Made by a program: the position numbers and the translations under genes. DNA of 64,000 nt from Eledone cirrhosa (lineage: Eukaryota): contig OZ024740.1 in assembly GCA_964016885.1 (NCBI GenBank), positions 156,612,001 through 156,676,000 on the forward strand, read 5' to 3'. Position 1 is the first letter of the stretch. Every line of letters begins with the position of its first letter. The notes beneath the pieces are model-generated. The model had not been told where the DNA came from. It saw only the letters and a list, made by a program, of their open reading frames with translations, and searched no databases. Positions 11,652 to 23,651 of this stretch are shown here, in pieces.

Positions 11652-14600
11652 ATGGAGACTAGAACGTCATGTGACAGACTCTCACCCAACAGGTGCCCCC
11701 TGGCTCAGCAGCAGGAACCTGACTGTCAACCAAATACTGCTGATGTTGGAGGAAGGAGAAGAAGGAAAGGGGCCAGAACCAACTGGACGAAAGAATTGAA
11801 TAGAACTGTTATGCAATGCTACCTGAAAAGTAACCCCAAGGAGAGGGGCTACAGGAGACGGATGCATAACATCTGGAACGAGATTGGTTTATTTAAATTA
11901 GATGAACAAAAATTGGCCGGGCAGGCTCGGGTAATAAGAACTAATGGGTGGATAAGCGAGCTGGAACTGGAGGAACTGAGCAGAGAGAATGGCTTGGAGA
12001 TGGCGGGTGTAGTATGCCAGACAAGCGAGCCGGTGGGAAATGAAGGTGAGGAGGTCCTGAGAACGGAGGAACCACCCGAAGCAGACAATGATCTGAGTAC
12101 TGAGATAAATAATACCTGGAACAGAGATACGGCCACTGAGGAGATGAATGCTGACGGACTAGGACAAGATTCGGTTGACATCCTAAATTTAGTGGTAGAT
12201 GAATTGAACAATGATAGTGGGAGACCTATGAACCTAAGATTTGTAGACAGGAAAAAGTTAAAAGAAACAACAGCTAAGGTAAACAAAGTCATCCCATACC
12301 TTGAGGCGAGGAGCCTTCACCAGTGCAACAATATCCTCAGAGCAACAGCAAATACGGTGAGGAAACTACTTGGTATAAAAGCGAGAGGAAACAACAGACA
12401 AGAAAGAGCAGAGCCGTGGTGGAAGAAGCGACTGAGTGGGCAAATCGGGGAAATGAGAAATGACATAGGAAAGCTTGAGTCACTACTGAATGGGACACTA
12501 AAAAACATAGGCACTAAAAATAGACTGGAAATAAAATACAAAACTAGGAGTAAAAAGCTAAATATTATCATAGAGGAATTGAAGCAACGCATTGTAGCAA
12601 AGAGTGCAAAAATCAGGCGATACGAGAACAGAGTCAGTCAGTATAAACAGAACCGCATGTTCGACAACAACCAGAAGATGCTGTTTGGACAGCTTGAGGG
12701 CAAAGAAAGAAGCAACGACTTGATCCCTGGGGCGGAGCAAACTAAAACATTCTGGAGAGGAATATGGGAGCAGGCAGGGTGGATTGAGACAGTACAGAGG
12801 GAGATCGGTGAGCAGGCACAGCAACAGACTGATTTGAGTATCACAGTTGAAACTCTTAAGGGGCAAGCCAAAAAACTAACCAACTGGAAATCACCAGGCC
12901 CAGATGGTGTGCAGGGGTATTGGATTAAACATCTAACATCCCTCCACCCGAAGCTGACGGCCATGTTCAATGACTGCTTGGTGTCGGGTGAGGTGCCAGA
13001 GTGGTTGACAAAAGGTACCACAGTTCTGATAATGAAAGACCGAATCAAGGGTAATGATGCTACCAACTATAGACCTATCACATGTCTGCCCGTAATGTGG
13101 AAACTGTTGACGAGCATTGTGTCTGAGGAAATCTACCATCACCTCCACACAAACAACTTGTTACCGGACGAACAGAAAGGATGCCGAAAGAAGTCACGTG
13201 GTACAAAGGACCAGTTGCTTATTGATAAGATGGTAATGGGGAATTGCAGGAGGAGACACACTGATCTTGCCATGGGATGGATAGACTACAGAAAGGCATT
13301 TGACATGGTGCCTCATTCCTGGATCACCAAAAGCCTGGAGATCTTCGGGGTGGCGGATAACATCAGACAGTTGCTAGGCAGGAGTATGGGGTCCTGGGAG
13401 ACAGAGTTGTCATCAACTGGAGTATCCTTGGGAAGCGTGAAGATCAAGAGAGGTATCTTCCAGGGAGATAGCCTGTCCCCTCTGTTGTTTGTCCTTGCCC
13501 TGATGCCCTTGACCATTATGCTGCGAAAAGTGAGAGCAGGATACAAGTTGGGAAGGGGAGAGCTTACCATCAATCACCTCCTCTTCATGGACGATCTTAA
13601 GCTCTTCGGGAAAAGTGAGAAGGAGTTGGATGTGCTTGTTGACACTGTCCGTATTTTCAGCAGTGATATATGTATGCAGTTTGGTATTGGTAAATGTGGA
13701 GTCCTTGTGATGAAGAGGGGTAGGTTGAGCAGAAGTAACGGGATCCAGATACCAACAGGTGAGATGATAAAGGAAATTGACTCTGAGGAAGGATACAAGT
13801 ATTTGGGCGTTCTGGAGGCTGATGGCATAAAGAACAAAAAAATGAAGGAATTGTTAAGAACTGAATACATTCGGAGAGTAAGGAGCGTATTGAAGTCACA
13901 TCTGAACAGCAGAAATGCCATAAGCGCAGTAAATTCCCGAGCTGTGTCTATTATTAGGTACAGTGCGGGAATTCTGAGATGGAATGTTGCTGAACAGAAA
14001 GAAATGGATAGGAAGACTAGGAAGCTATTGACTATCTACAACATGTTCCACAAGAGGAGTGATGTCGATAGACTCTACCTAAGGAGATCTGAGGGTGGAA
14101 GAGGTCTTATCAGCATAGAGGACTGTGTTCAGATGGAGAAAAACAACCTATACAAATACGTGACCTATAGTAAGGAGCCAATGCTCAGAGCTGTACTGAA
14201 GGAGGGGACAGTAGGCCAGGGGATGTCCAGGGAGGAAATAACATCAAGGAGGAAGAGCAGCCTTAAGGGAAAACCCCTTCATAGTACCTTCTTTGAGAAA
14301 ACTGAATTTAGAGATCCACAGACATGGAACTGGTTGAGAAGAGGAGACCTCAAAAAGGCTACAGAAGGAATGCTAATGGCTGCGCAGGAGAAGGCCCTCA
14401 AAACGAAGTGGTTGAAGCACCATATCTACAAGGAGGAGGCCAGCCCACTGTGCAGGATCTGTGGAGAGAGAGAGGAGACTGTGGCTCACATTGTGTCCGA
14501 GTGTAAACACCTAGCCCAGACCCACTATAAGGGCTGGAGACACGATGTGATGGGCAGGGTGATCCACTGGCACCTGTGCAAAGTAAACAATCTACCACAT

Positions 14601-15023
14601 TCTGAGAAATGGTATGAGCATAGGCCAGAGGCGGTGATGGAGAACAATCAGGTGAAGGTGCTGTGGGATTTTAGGATACAGACGGACAAAAAACTGGAAC
14701 ACAATAGACCTGACCTGGTGGTTGTGGACAAAGAAAAAAGATCGTGCCTGATTGTGGATGTGGCCTGCCCGTTCGACACGAGAGTGCAAGAGAAGGAGAG
14801 GGAGAAAATTAACCGATACCAGGACCTAAAGTGGGAGGTGAAAAGGATTTGGAACTGCCATGAAGTCAAAGTGATCCCGATTGTCATAGGCGCACTGGGG
14901 ACTATCTCCAAAGGTTTCCAGGGATGGTTAAAGAAAATCGGCCCCTTCACGCTTTTTGGAACGCTTCAAAAGGCATGCTTGCTTGGAACAGCAAGAACCC
15001 TCCGATACGTCCTGAATATCTGA
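11652..15023 (+). CDS. R4/Dong-like retrotransposon polyprotein, family A (RT, CCHC zinc finger, restriction-like endonuclease), 1123 aa, uninterrupted
   Basis: WKSPGPDG, NYRPITCL, EQKGC, WIDYRKAFD, GIFQGDSLSP, LFMDD, YKYLG, GGRGL, CRIC-ETVAHIVSEC, RHD, NRPDL..VDVACP..EK..Y. (AAT)n tail at 15099-15132. Confidence 0.95.
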   Translation: METRTSCDRLSPNRCPLAQQQEPDCQPNTADVGGRRRRKGARTNWTKELNRTVMQCYLKSNPKERGYRRRMHNIWNEIGLFKLDEQKLAGQARVIRTNGWISELELEELSRENGLEMAGVVCQTSEPVGNEGEEVLRTEEPPEADNDLSTEINNTWNRDTATEEMNADGLGQDSVDILNLVVDELNNDSGRPMNLRFVDRKKLKETTAKVNKVIPYLEARSLHQCNNILRATANTVRKLLGIKARGNNRQERAEPWWKKRLSGQIGEMRNDIGKLESLLNGTLKNIGTKNRLEIKYKTRSKKLNIIIEELKQRIVAKSAKIRRYENRVSQYKQNRMFDNNQKMLFGQLEGKERSNDLIPGAEQTKTFWRGIWEQAGWIETVQREIGEQAQQQTDLSITVETLKGQAKKLTNWKSPGPDGVQGYWIKHLTSLHPKLTAMFNDCLVSGEVPEWLTKGTTVLIMKDRIKGNDATNYRPITCLPVMWKLLTSIVSEEIYHHLHTNNLLPDEQKGCRKKSRGTKDQLLIDKMVMGNCRRRHTDLAMGWIDYRKAFDMVPHSWITKSLEIFGVADNIRQLLGRSMGSWETELSSTGVSLGSVKIKRGIFQGDSLSPLLFVLALMPLTIMLRKVRAGYKLGRGELTINHLLFMDDLKLFGKSEKELDVLVDTVRIFSSDICMQFGIGKCGVLVMKRGRLSRSNGIQIPTGEMIKEIDSEEGYKYLGVLEADGIKNKKMKELLRTEYIRRVRSVLKSHLNSRNAISAVNSRAVSIIRYSAGILRWNVAEQKEMDRKTRKLLTIYNMFHKRSDVDRLYLRRSEGGRGLISIEDCVQMEKNNLYKYVTYSKEPMLRAVLKEGTVGQGMSREEITSRRKSSLKGKPLHSTFFEKTEFRDPQTWNWLRRGDLKKATEGMLMAAQEKALKTKWLKHHIYKEEASPLCRICGEREETVAHIVSECKHLAQTHYKGWRHDVMGRVIHWHLCKVNNLPHSEKWYEHRPEAVMENNQVKVLWDFRIQTDKKLEHNRPDLVVVDKEKRSCLIVDVACPFDTRVQEKEREKINRYQDLKWEVKRIWNCHEVKVIPIVIGALGTISKGFQGWLKKIGPFTLFGTLQKACLLGTARTLRYVLNI

Positions 15024-15132
15024 GGCTGCAGGTAGTGGCTTGATATTCAATCCAACGGACTTTCCAGTTAACCAACATCAATGACTGAGATTCAAGGAAT
15101 AACAATAACAATAATAATAATAATAATAATAA

Positions 15133-18100
15133 CAAATGTTGCATAAAGGCACCGAATGAGGTCCCATAAAGTTTCGGATCCATATTATATTGTTGTATCG
15201 CTCAAATATTCAATTTTGTATTATATATTTTGTATTCAAAAAAAGAAAATGGTTATAAATGGAACAAAACACCCTCTGTCTACACTATATAGAACAGCGG
15301 CAATTTCAATTTCACCAACACCAGAAACTTGATACACTACCTATCCCATCACACTAAATATAACGGCAACTTCACCGGCATCATAATAATAATTACTATT
15401 ATTATTGTCTCAAATTTTTAAAAATGTTTAATTCAAATTTTACGGGAATATGTCAACACAAAATAAATATAATGAAAATATATATTAAACATACGAACAC
15501 AAACTCATAGATACTATATCAGTAACCACAACACCACCGCTGCCACCACTCCACCACATCCATCATCGCTACCACCACTCATTCAATGCTACTGACACTA
15601 TTCCCCTGTTAACTTGAGAGAGAAAAGGGAAGGTGGTGGTAGCACTAGACAAGAGAGAGGCTAGCAAAAGATATAAATAGATTGACTTGGTGACCTTGCC
15701 ACGGACAAACGTCTACATCAACAATTATGGGACTGCTGGCTCACCCCTTCCTCACCAACAATATAAAAAGCCCCGGCACCACCACCGACATAGCCAGCAG
15801 CAATAACAGCCAACTACAACAAAAAGTATATTATATTATTGTAATGCACTGGGTGATTGCTGGCCTGGAGTGGAGACAATTATTAATAATTTCATTCTTA
15901 AGCCACGCAATGCTCACATTAAGGAACCACTCATGATAATAACAATTTAAAAAAAACAACAAAAAGAAAATCCCGTGACCAAGAAATACCGGGATGGCGG
16001 CCGGCGGGGAATAGCCATGTCTCTAGGGGAGAACGACCCCTCTAGTCTTGGTTGACACTCGTTCTAGAAGTGGTAACACGAAAAGATTACCCCTTGGCGG
16101 ATAAGGATAAAACGCGACAAAATAAAGTAGATGTCTAATGATGAAATCTCATACCGGATCGGCCGTCACCCGGGTAAAAAAGGGCCGCGTCCCTCAGAGA
16201 GGAACCAGACTGGGGTCGAAAAATCAGCTAATGGTTCAAACCTTCCCATCACTTCGGAGCTGGAGACCTCCCATAACCGGAATACTCCTACTGTTGGCCC
16301 TCCATGCTCACCACCAAGAAATCCAAAGAAAAAGAGAGAAAAATGGTCAAGGGAAGATAATAAAGAAGTCCTTGAGGCTTTCTACACTGCCATGTACTAC
16401 CCATCAAATACATCGAATACAGAGCAAACATATATCAACTGGAAAAAGAAACATCCCGAAAAAAGAGGCTATATTGACAGTAACAAACTAGCCAATATAC
16501 GAAGAAATATTGTAAGAAAAAAGTTACTAACTGATATAGAAATTGATCAGATCAAGCTAGTAGCACAAAGTCAGCGAAGGGAAAATGAAGCATGTGTCAG
16601 TGAAAACGAGGTAAACTGTAACACTTCGAATCCCAGAGTTGGGGCGGAATCACTGGCAACAGAACAAATTAAAGAAAGGAGCGAAAAAGTGGAGGGAGTG
16701 CATGCTCAGGATGAAACTCCAAATGAAAATAATGAGATCGTAAATGATAAAGAAATGAATGAGAATGAACTTGCCAACTTGAAGGATGAAATTATGATCG
16801 AATGGATGAAAATGAAAGAATCTGACATGGGGGAACGAGACACCCTCCCTAAGATCCAGAACTCCAAACAGAACCAAAAGATAATACACAAGACTAACAT
16901 AATTCTCAAAAACATTATCATCACAAACAAACTAAGCATTACTGACTTAAATCATCTCTATTATGCATCGGCTAAAGTCACCACTCACTTATGTGGAGTG
17001 AAGATGAAAAAACAAAGGAATTCCCACAAGAAATCTACTTGGCAAGATAACATCAATCGCCAAATAAACCTTCTCCGATCTGACATAGAAATTTTAACAA
17101 ACTAGAAAGTAGGTGAACATGTTAAACAAACTAAACTTAGAAAATTGAAAAAAAAGTACAGTATAAGATCAACATGTGACATAGACATGCTGATAGAAAC
17201 AATCAAGCAAAAAGTGTCGGCCAAAGCTGCTCGTATAAGGCGCTTTGAAAAACGATCTAGATTCTATAAGGACAATAATATGTTCAAAAACAACCAAAGA
17301 AACTTCTACAGAAAAATTGGTAAGTCAACAATAACTGCTAAATCAATACCACCCAAGGAGGAAGTGCAAGAATTCTGGGAAAAGATCTGGGCCGAAGAAA
17401 AAGTTCATAACATACATGCCCCATGGATAGACAGACAAATGAAAGAAACAGCTCACCTTGAAGAACAAACATGGGAAAATATAACAGTTGAACAGCTGCG
17501 CTTGGCTCTAAGAAAAACCAGCAAATGGAAATCCCCAGGAAAAGACAAAATACAAAACTTTTGGATAAATGCCTTCACAGAGTCTCATGAGCTGTTAGCC
17601 CAACTTTACAATGAAATAGTTAAGGAGCCAGAAAAGATACCATCATGGCTAGTTAACGGCATTACATTCCTGCTACCGAAGAATGATGAGACAAACAATC
17701 CCAAAAATTACAGACCGATAACCTGCTTGACCACAATGTATAAAATTTTAACATCAGTCCTAACTGAATACACATATGACCACCTGATAACAAATGACCT
17801 ATTTCCCATTGAGCAGAAAGGGTGTAAACGAGGCTCATATGGCTGTAAGGATCATCTTCTGGTTAACAAAATGATACTGGAAGATTGTCATAATAGACAC
17901 AAAAATCTATCGATTGCTTGGATAGATTATAAAAAAGCATTTGATAGTTTGCCACACAGTTGGATTGAAAAATGTTTAGAGATTTTCAAAATATCCCCCG
18001 TTATCAGGAGGTTTTTGTCATTCAGTATGAGGACATGGAGAACGACACTCCTTTTGAATAGTGAAACAAAATCACTGGAAGCTGGAGAAGTTAACATTAA

Positions 18101-19956
18101 TTGTGGAATTTTTCAGGGTGACTCTTTATCACCGCTTTTATTCTGCATCGCACTTATACCATTAAGTAAAATGCTCAATGAATCAAAACATGGATATAGA
18201 GTCTATGACAAAACCATTAATCACCTGTTCTACATGGATGACCTGAAACTATTTGCAAAAAATGATGAACAATTGCAAGGGCTATTATCCACTGTGAAGC
18301 AGTTCAGTGATGACATTAAAATGGAGTTTGGACTGGATAAATGCGCCAAAGCAACGTTCACCAGAGGAAAGCTGCTGAAGAGTTCAGACATTAATCTTGA
18401 TCGAGGGAACGTGATAAGAGAGCTTGATCAAGAACAAACTTACAAATATCTAGGTGTTTGTGAAGGAGACGGAATCAAGCACTCGACAATGAGGGAAAGG
18501 ATAAGGAAGGAATGTTACCGCAGAGTCAGAGCAATCTTAAGAACGGAATTGAATGCAAGGAATAGGATCGATGCCATAAACACGCTTGCCATACCAGTAG
18601 TAACCTACAGTTACAATGTCATCAACTGGTCAAGCACAGAGATCCGTAGGCTCGATACAAAAATTCGAAAATTCTTAACCATGCACAGAATGCATCACCC
18701 TAAGGCAGACATAGATAGAATATATCTCCCTAGGAAAGAAGGAGGACGTGGGTTAATCCAGTTAGACATTGCGTTGAAAACTGCAACAATTGGATTATCC
18801 ACATATCTAAGGGAATCACATGATTGGATGATCAAACTCGTTTTGAAACACGAAAGCACCAAAAGATCATATTCCATTACAAAAGATGCACAAAGATACA
18901 GTAATGGACTACAAATTTCAGAAGTCCCATTTACTGCTGAAATAGAAAACACAGAAAAAGCAAAGCAGGTAAAAGTAACTGCAAAGAAAGAACTGCTACA
19001 GAAACTGGCTAAGAAATGGCAAGAAAAGCCTCTGTATGGAAAATACCCAGAGCGAGCTAACAATCCTGATGTTGACAAAACTTTAACCCATCAGTGGTTG
19101 GCATCCTCTGGACTGAAATCGGAGACTGAAGGACTGATTATATCCGCACAAGATCAGTGTCTGCCAACAAAAAATTACCAAGCCAACATAATAAAAAATG
19201 GGTGCAGCCCATTATGCAGTGTATGCAAAAAACAACCAGAGACCATTGACCATATAATTTCAATGTGCAGTCCTATAGCTCCAACCGAATACCTAAACAG
19301 GCATGACAGAGCTGCACAATACATACATTGGATAATGTGTAAGCATTTTGACCTGCCCCATCAAAAGAATTGGTGGGAGCATCAACCACCTCTCATACTT
19401 GAAAAAGATCACATCTCAATCTTGTGGAACTTTAGCATCCAAACAGACCGAAAAATAGATGCAAATAGACCTGATATAATATTGAAGGACTTTCAAAGCA
19501 GGGTATGCCTGCTAATTGATATGTCTGTTCCAATAGACAAGAATGTATCTATAAAAACATTTGAAAAATTGAGCAAGTATAAGGACCTGGAGATAGAAAT
19601 TGGAAAAATGTGGAAATTGAGAACTAAAACAATACCAGTGGTTGTAGGCGCTCTGGGAATGATACCTAAGGGGTCTAACGACTACTTATCGCAAATCCCA
19701 GGAAACCCGCGTATAGGAGAAATACAAAAGATAGTACTAATGGGAACTGCCCATATACTAAGGAAGATCCTGTCAATATAAGTACATCACAAGTCTAAAC
19801 ACTAAGGATGCATGTGTGAATATGTGTGTTCTTTCTTGAACATGGCGGACCTTGTTGTCTCTTGAGGTCACTGGTTGTGACTTGGTGATAACTCGTATAA
19901 ACATAAAGCAAGATAAATGCAAATAATAATAATAATAATAATAAAATAATAATAAT
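15133..19956 (+). mobile_element. R4/Dong-like family B element, apparently full length: ~1-kb leader, ORF 16131-19781 broken by one in-frame TAG at 17103-17105, (AAT)n tail
   Basis: ORFs 16131-17105 and 17145-19781 share a frame. Motifs WKSPGKD, NYRPITCL, GIFQGDSLSP, FYMDD, CSVC..H..C, RHD, NRPDI..IDMSVP, KLSKYKDL. Confidence 0.93.
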
Positions 19957-20198
19957 GTTTTCTTTATTAACCACAAGGGTTCACATAAAGTAGACATTAA
20001 GGACAGTACAGGACAATACAGGACGGTACAAATGGGCATTTCTGCGTGTAAAAAAACAGAGGTTGAAATAAAATAACAAAGAAAAATTCCCCAATAGGGG
20101 GGAGACTTCCAAGGGACATTTGTGGAGAAAGCCCATTAAAAGACCACAGTGGCCCTGACCACCAGGGCAAGTGCCCTCTCCCAGTTTCCACCTTTAAT

Positions 20199-23100
20199 TT
20201 ACAGACACATACTCAGAGAAGGCCCATTCATTCGGGCCATACTTGCTTCTCTCACCCATCTTTCAACAAAATGCTGGGAAGAGAGCACTTCCCTCTCTAC
20301 CCTGATTTTCCTTTTCAAATGAAATTTTAAAAAGTTAATCAGGGCATCACCGAAGAGGTAAGTGCTGGTCTTCAGCCCTTTCAAACGTGTCCACCATACT
20401 ATCTCTTTCGCCATGGCCACCAGACAGATAAAAATTGCCTGCCCTTCCAGGCTAAAGGAAGGGGGCGGGGCAATCCTCACGATGGACTGAGCTGATAGCT
20501 GGATCCGTCCTACACGTGACAGCAGGTGTTCGACATAAACCCACAAGTCAGCAATACTCGGACACTGGACGAGTGCGTGCAGGACGGTTTCGTCGCCCTG
20601 CGCGCATCTCGGACATGCCCGGCTGACGGCACCTCCATGCCTGTAGAGTTTATCCCGAACTGGCAAAGCTCCTCGGTAGCGCTGCCAGGCCAGGGATTTC
20701 TGGAAGTTGTCCATAGGCCCCGGCCCGAAAGTCCTTCCGAAGAGATTGGCTAGTTGATTTTCGTCGACGCCTAGAGTTTCTCCAAGTACGTCGTCGCTCC
20801 CCCCTCCACCAATCCCCTATAGAACGCCAAGGTGGAGTTTCCACCGATCACATTGCCCGATTGGTCGAGGGCTGTGAGCGCCTGAAGACATTCCAGTCTC
20901 CAAGCGCTCCCTCTCGGTCTTCGCTTGACCCAGGACTGCAGCTCCGTCAAGGAGACGAGCTGGGGAAAAACGTGTCTTGCAAACGGCGACCACACCTGAT
21001 CACCGTCGAGGAAGAGGTGGAGATGTCGTAGCCTGAGCGCGTGTCTGCGCATCATCAGCCACGGCATGCCCAGCCCTCCACGTAGCGGGTGTTGACAGCA
21101 GATGGACCGCCTGACCATCGGAGCGCGTCCCTTCCACAAGAAGCGAAAGAGCAAACGCTCCAGCGCAGTCAGGCGGGGCTTAGGACAAGGTACGACGGTC
21201 AGGCGGTAGTAGATGACAGATGCGATGTACGCATTCGCCACCTCCGCTCGACCTTTCAGGGATAGCTTCCTCTCGGCCCATTTCTGGGTGAGAGAAGCCA
21301 CCCTGCTCGTCACGTCGTCCCAGTTTTTGTCCGTCTGGAGGTCTGGACCGAACCAGACCCCTAGCAATTTAACCGGTCCGTCCGTCCAGCGCCCGACGAC
21401 GCTGTTGGACGGCATGGACCTGCCTCTCCAGGTGCCGAGCTGCGGGCCCACTGACTTTTCCTGGTTGATCATTGCTCCTGTCACCGCTTCGTATTCTCTT
21501 AGTGTAGTGCCGATCGCCTCGATGTGTTTGGCGTTCGACACCACTACGGTGACATCGTCGGCATATGCTGACACGGATCTTCCGCATCCTAGTTCGCGCG
21601 GGACCCCCCTCAACGTCTCCAGTTTGTGCAGTAATGGCTCGAGAGTCAATACGTACGATAGGGACGAGAGGGGACATCCTTGGCGGACCGAGCGCATGAT
21701 GTTGAACGGTTCCGAAAGGTGACCGTTCACTCTCACTACAGAGCAGATGTCGCTGTGCATGGCAGCGATCCAGCCTCTGAAGACGGGCCCAAAGCCAGCC
21801 GCCCTCAGGACTGCCGTTAGGTAACGATGGTCGACCCTATCGAAGGCTTTCGACTGATCTAAATTGATCAAAGACCCACCCGTGCCAGGTTCCCTAGCTA
21901 CCCTCTCTACGATGTATCGCATGAGGTGGAGGTTGTCGTGGATGGATCTGTCGGGAATGGCGCATGTCTGTGCCTCTCCCACCAGACCACCAACGACAAG
22001 CGCCAACCTCTTTGCTAGCACCTTGGCCAAAATCTTGAACTCTGTGTTTAGCAGAGTTATGGGCCTAAAATTATCTATGTTATCCCCCTTGTTCGGATCC
22101 TTTCTCAGCAGCGCCACCGCTCATCGGCTCACAGAGCTGGGAATTCTCCCGTTCTGTTGCCAGTTGCAGTAGACGTCCGCCAAGAGGCCTCCGAACAAGT
22201 TTGGCATTTGTACGTAAAGTTCATAGGGCAGACCATCCAAACCAGGCGATTTACCCCTTGTGCAACTAGTCATTGCATCCCGTACTTCAGCGGTTGTTAT
22301 CGGCTTTTCGCAACACTCCGCCTCAGTGGCCGAAAGCCGCGGCAGTCCGTCGAGGTAGACACTAAAGTCCATCCCTCGACCCGGCCCGCCACTGCCCCCG
22401 AACAGTCGAGCGAAGTGTCGCTGAAAAGCTTCACACATTTGCCCGGGATCGAGTAGCATGCGCCCGTCGTGGTCCACCAAAGACCGGATCGTGGCTTTGT
22501 TGCCACGACGCGCCTCCGCCACTCGGGCCCATTGAACGGCTTTCGTCCCCTCGTGTCTGAGAGCACGCACCCTAGCTCTGACAACGCAGCCTTCGTGCTT
22601 TGCATTGAAGAATTGGTCAAGGGCCAATTTCGCCGCAAGTACGTCGGTCGCGATGCCTTTGCTAAGCGCCTCATCTAATTTTCTAACTAATTCTCCCTCT
22701 GCTCTATTTTTCTCTATTGCTAAAGTCTTACTAAACCTAATGGACTCTATTCTAATTGCTCTTTTCAGAGCAAACCACCACTTGTTGTTGACGATGGCCC
22801 CCGTCAACGCCCGCTTAACTAGTTCGCTAATCCGGTCTCTGTAGGCCTTGCGCGCTGGTAAGGACGCGTTTAGCTTCCAGTAGCCGGGTCCTTGTCTATG
22901 AAGCCTATCTAAGTCAAGCACACAGATCACGAATTTGTGGTCCGTGTAGCTGACTATCTTGAATTGTGGACAGCCTATGCTAGACCTATCTATTTCCCTA
23001 CAAAATACTCTATCTAGATATGATCTGGATGACCCTATGCGATTTGTCCAAGTCCACATTGGTACATTCGGGAAATCCATTCGGTACCTGTCAGACAGTT

Positions 23101-23617
23101 CAAAACGTCTGAGCAGGTTGGTGAGACTCTTGCACCCTCCTTCCCTATCCACTAATCCCACACAATCCCAGCGTGCATCTAAGATCCCGTTCCAGTCGCC
23201 CACTAACACTAAAGAGCGGGACGTTCCAAGAAAGGTCTCCAGACGCCGGAAGAAATCAGGCCGCCATGCTCCTGTCGGGGCATAGACGGCCACTAACCTG
23301 AAAGCTTGCCCGTCTCCGCTGGTCACGTCCAGCACCACCAACTTACCTTCTGGGTCCAGGAAGATGGCCCGTATGGCAAGATCCAAACCTCTCCGAAAAA
23401 GCACTGCAACTCCTCCCCCCGATCCCGGACGGCTGGGAGATGCGTACACATCGTAGCCGCCGAAGATCGGTGCGAAAGCCTGTGCTTCGGAGATTCTGGT
23501 CTCGCTGATGGCCACTACATCTATGTTTAGTGACCTGAGGTCGTTGAGCAGGTGGCCCTGCTTCCATGACGAACCCAAGCCACGCGCATTTATGCTGCCT
23601 ATTCTGAGTGAGGTCAT
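20199..23617 (-). pseudogene. Tx1/L1-like ORF2 (APE endonuclease, RT, C-terminal CCHC), with a stop near 22121 and a frameshift near 20800
   Basis: SINARGL, ISET, VYAP, GDWN, SYLDRVF, YTDH; KSPGLDGLP, FRPITLLNTEFKILAK, DQSKAFDRV, VRQGCPLS, AYADD; CPRC..ETVLHALVQC. Confidence 0.93.
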
Positions 23618-23651
23618 GTTGAAAAGGAGTGGAAAAGATGGGAAAGACCAC

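Noticed and set aside
11682-14950. Many antisense ORFs over the R4 and Tx1 elements
   Set aside because: Shadow ORFs of the coding strand with no recognisable motifs.
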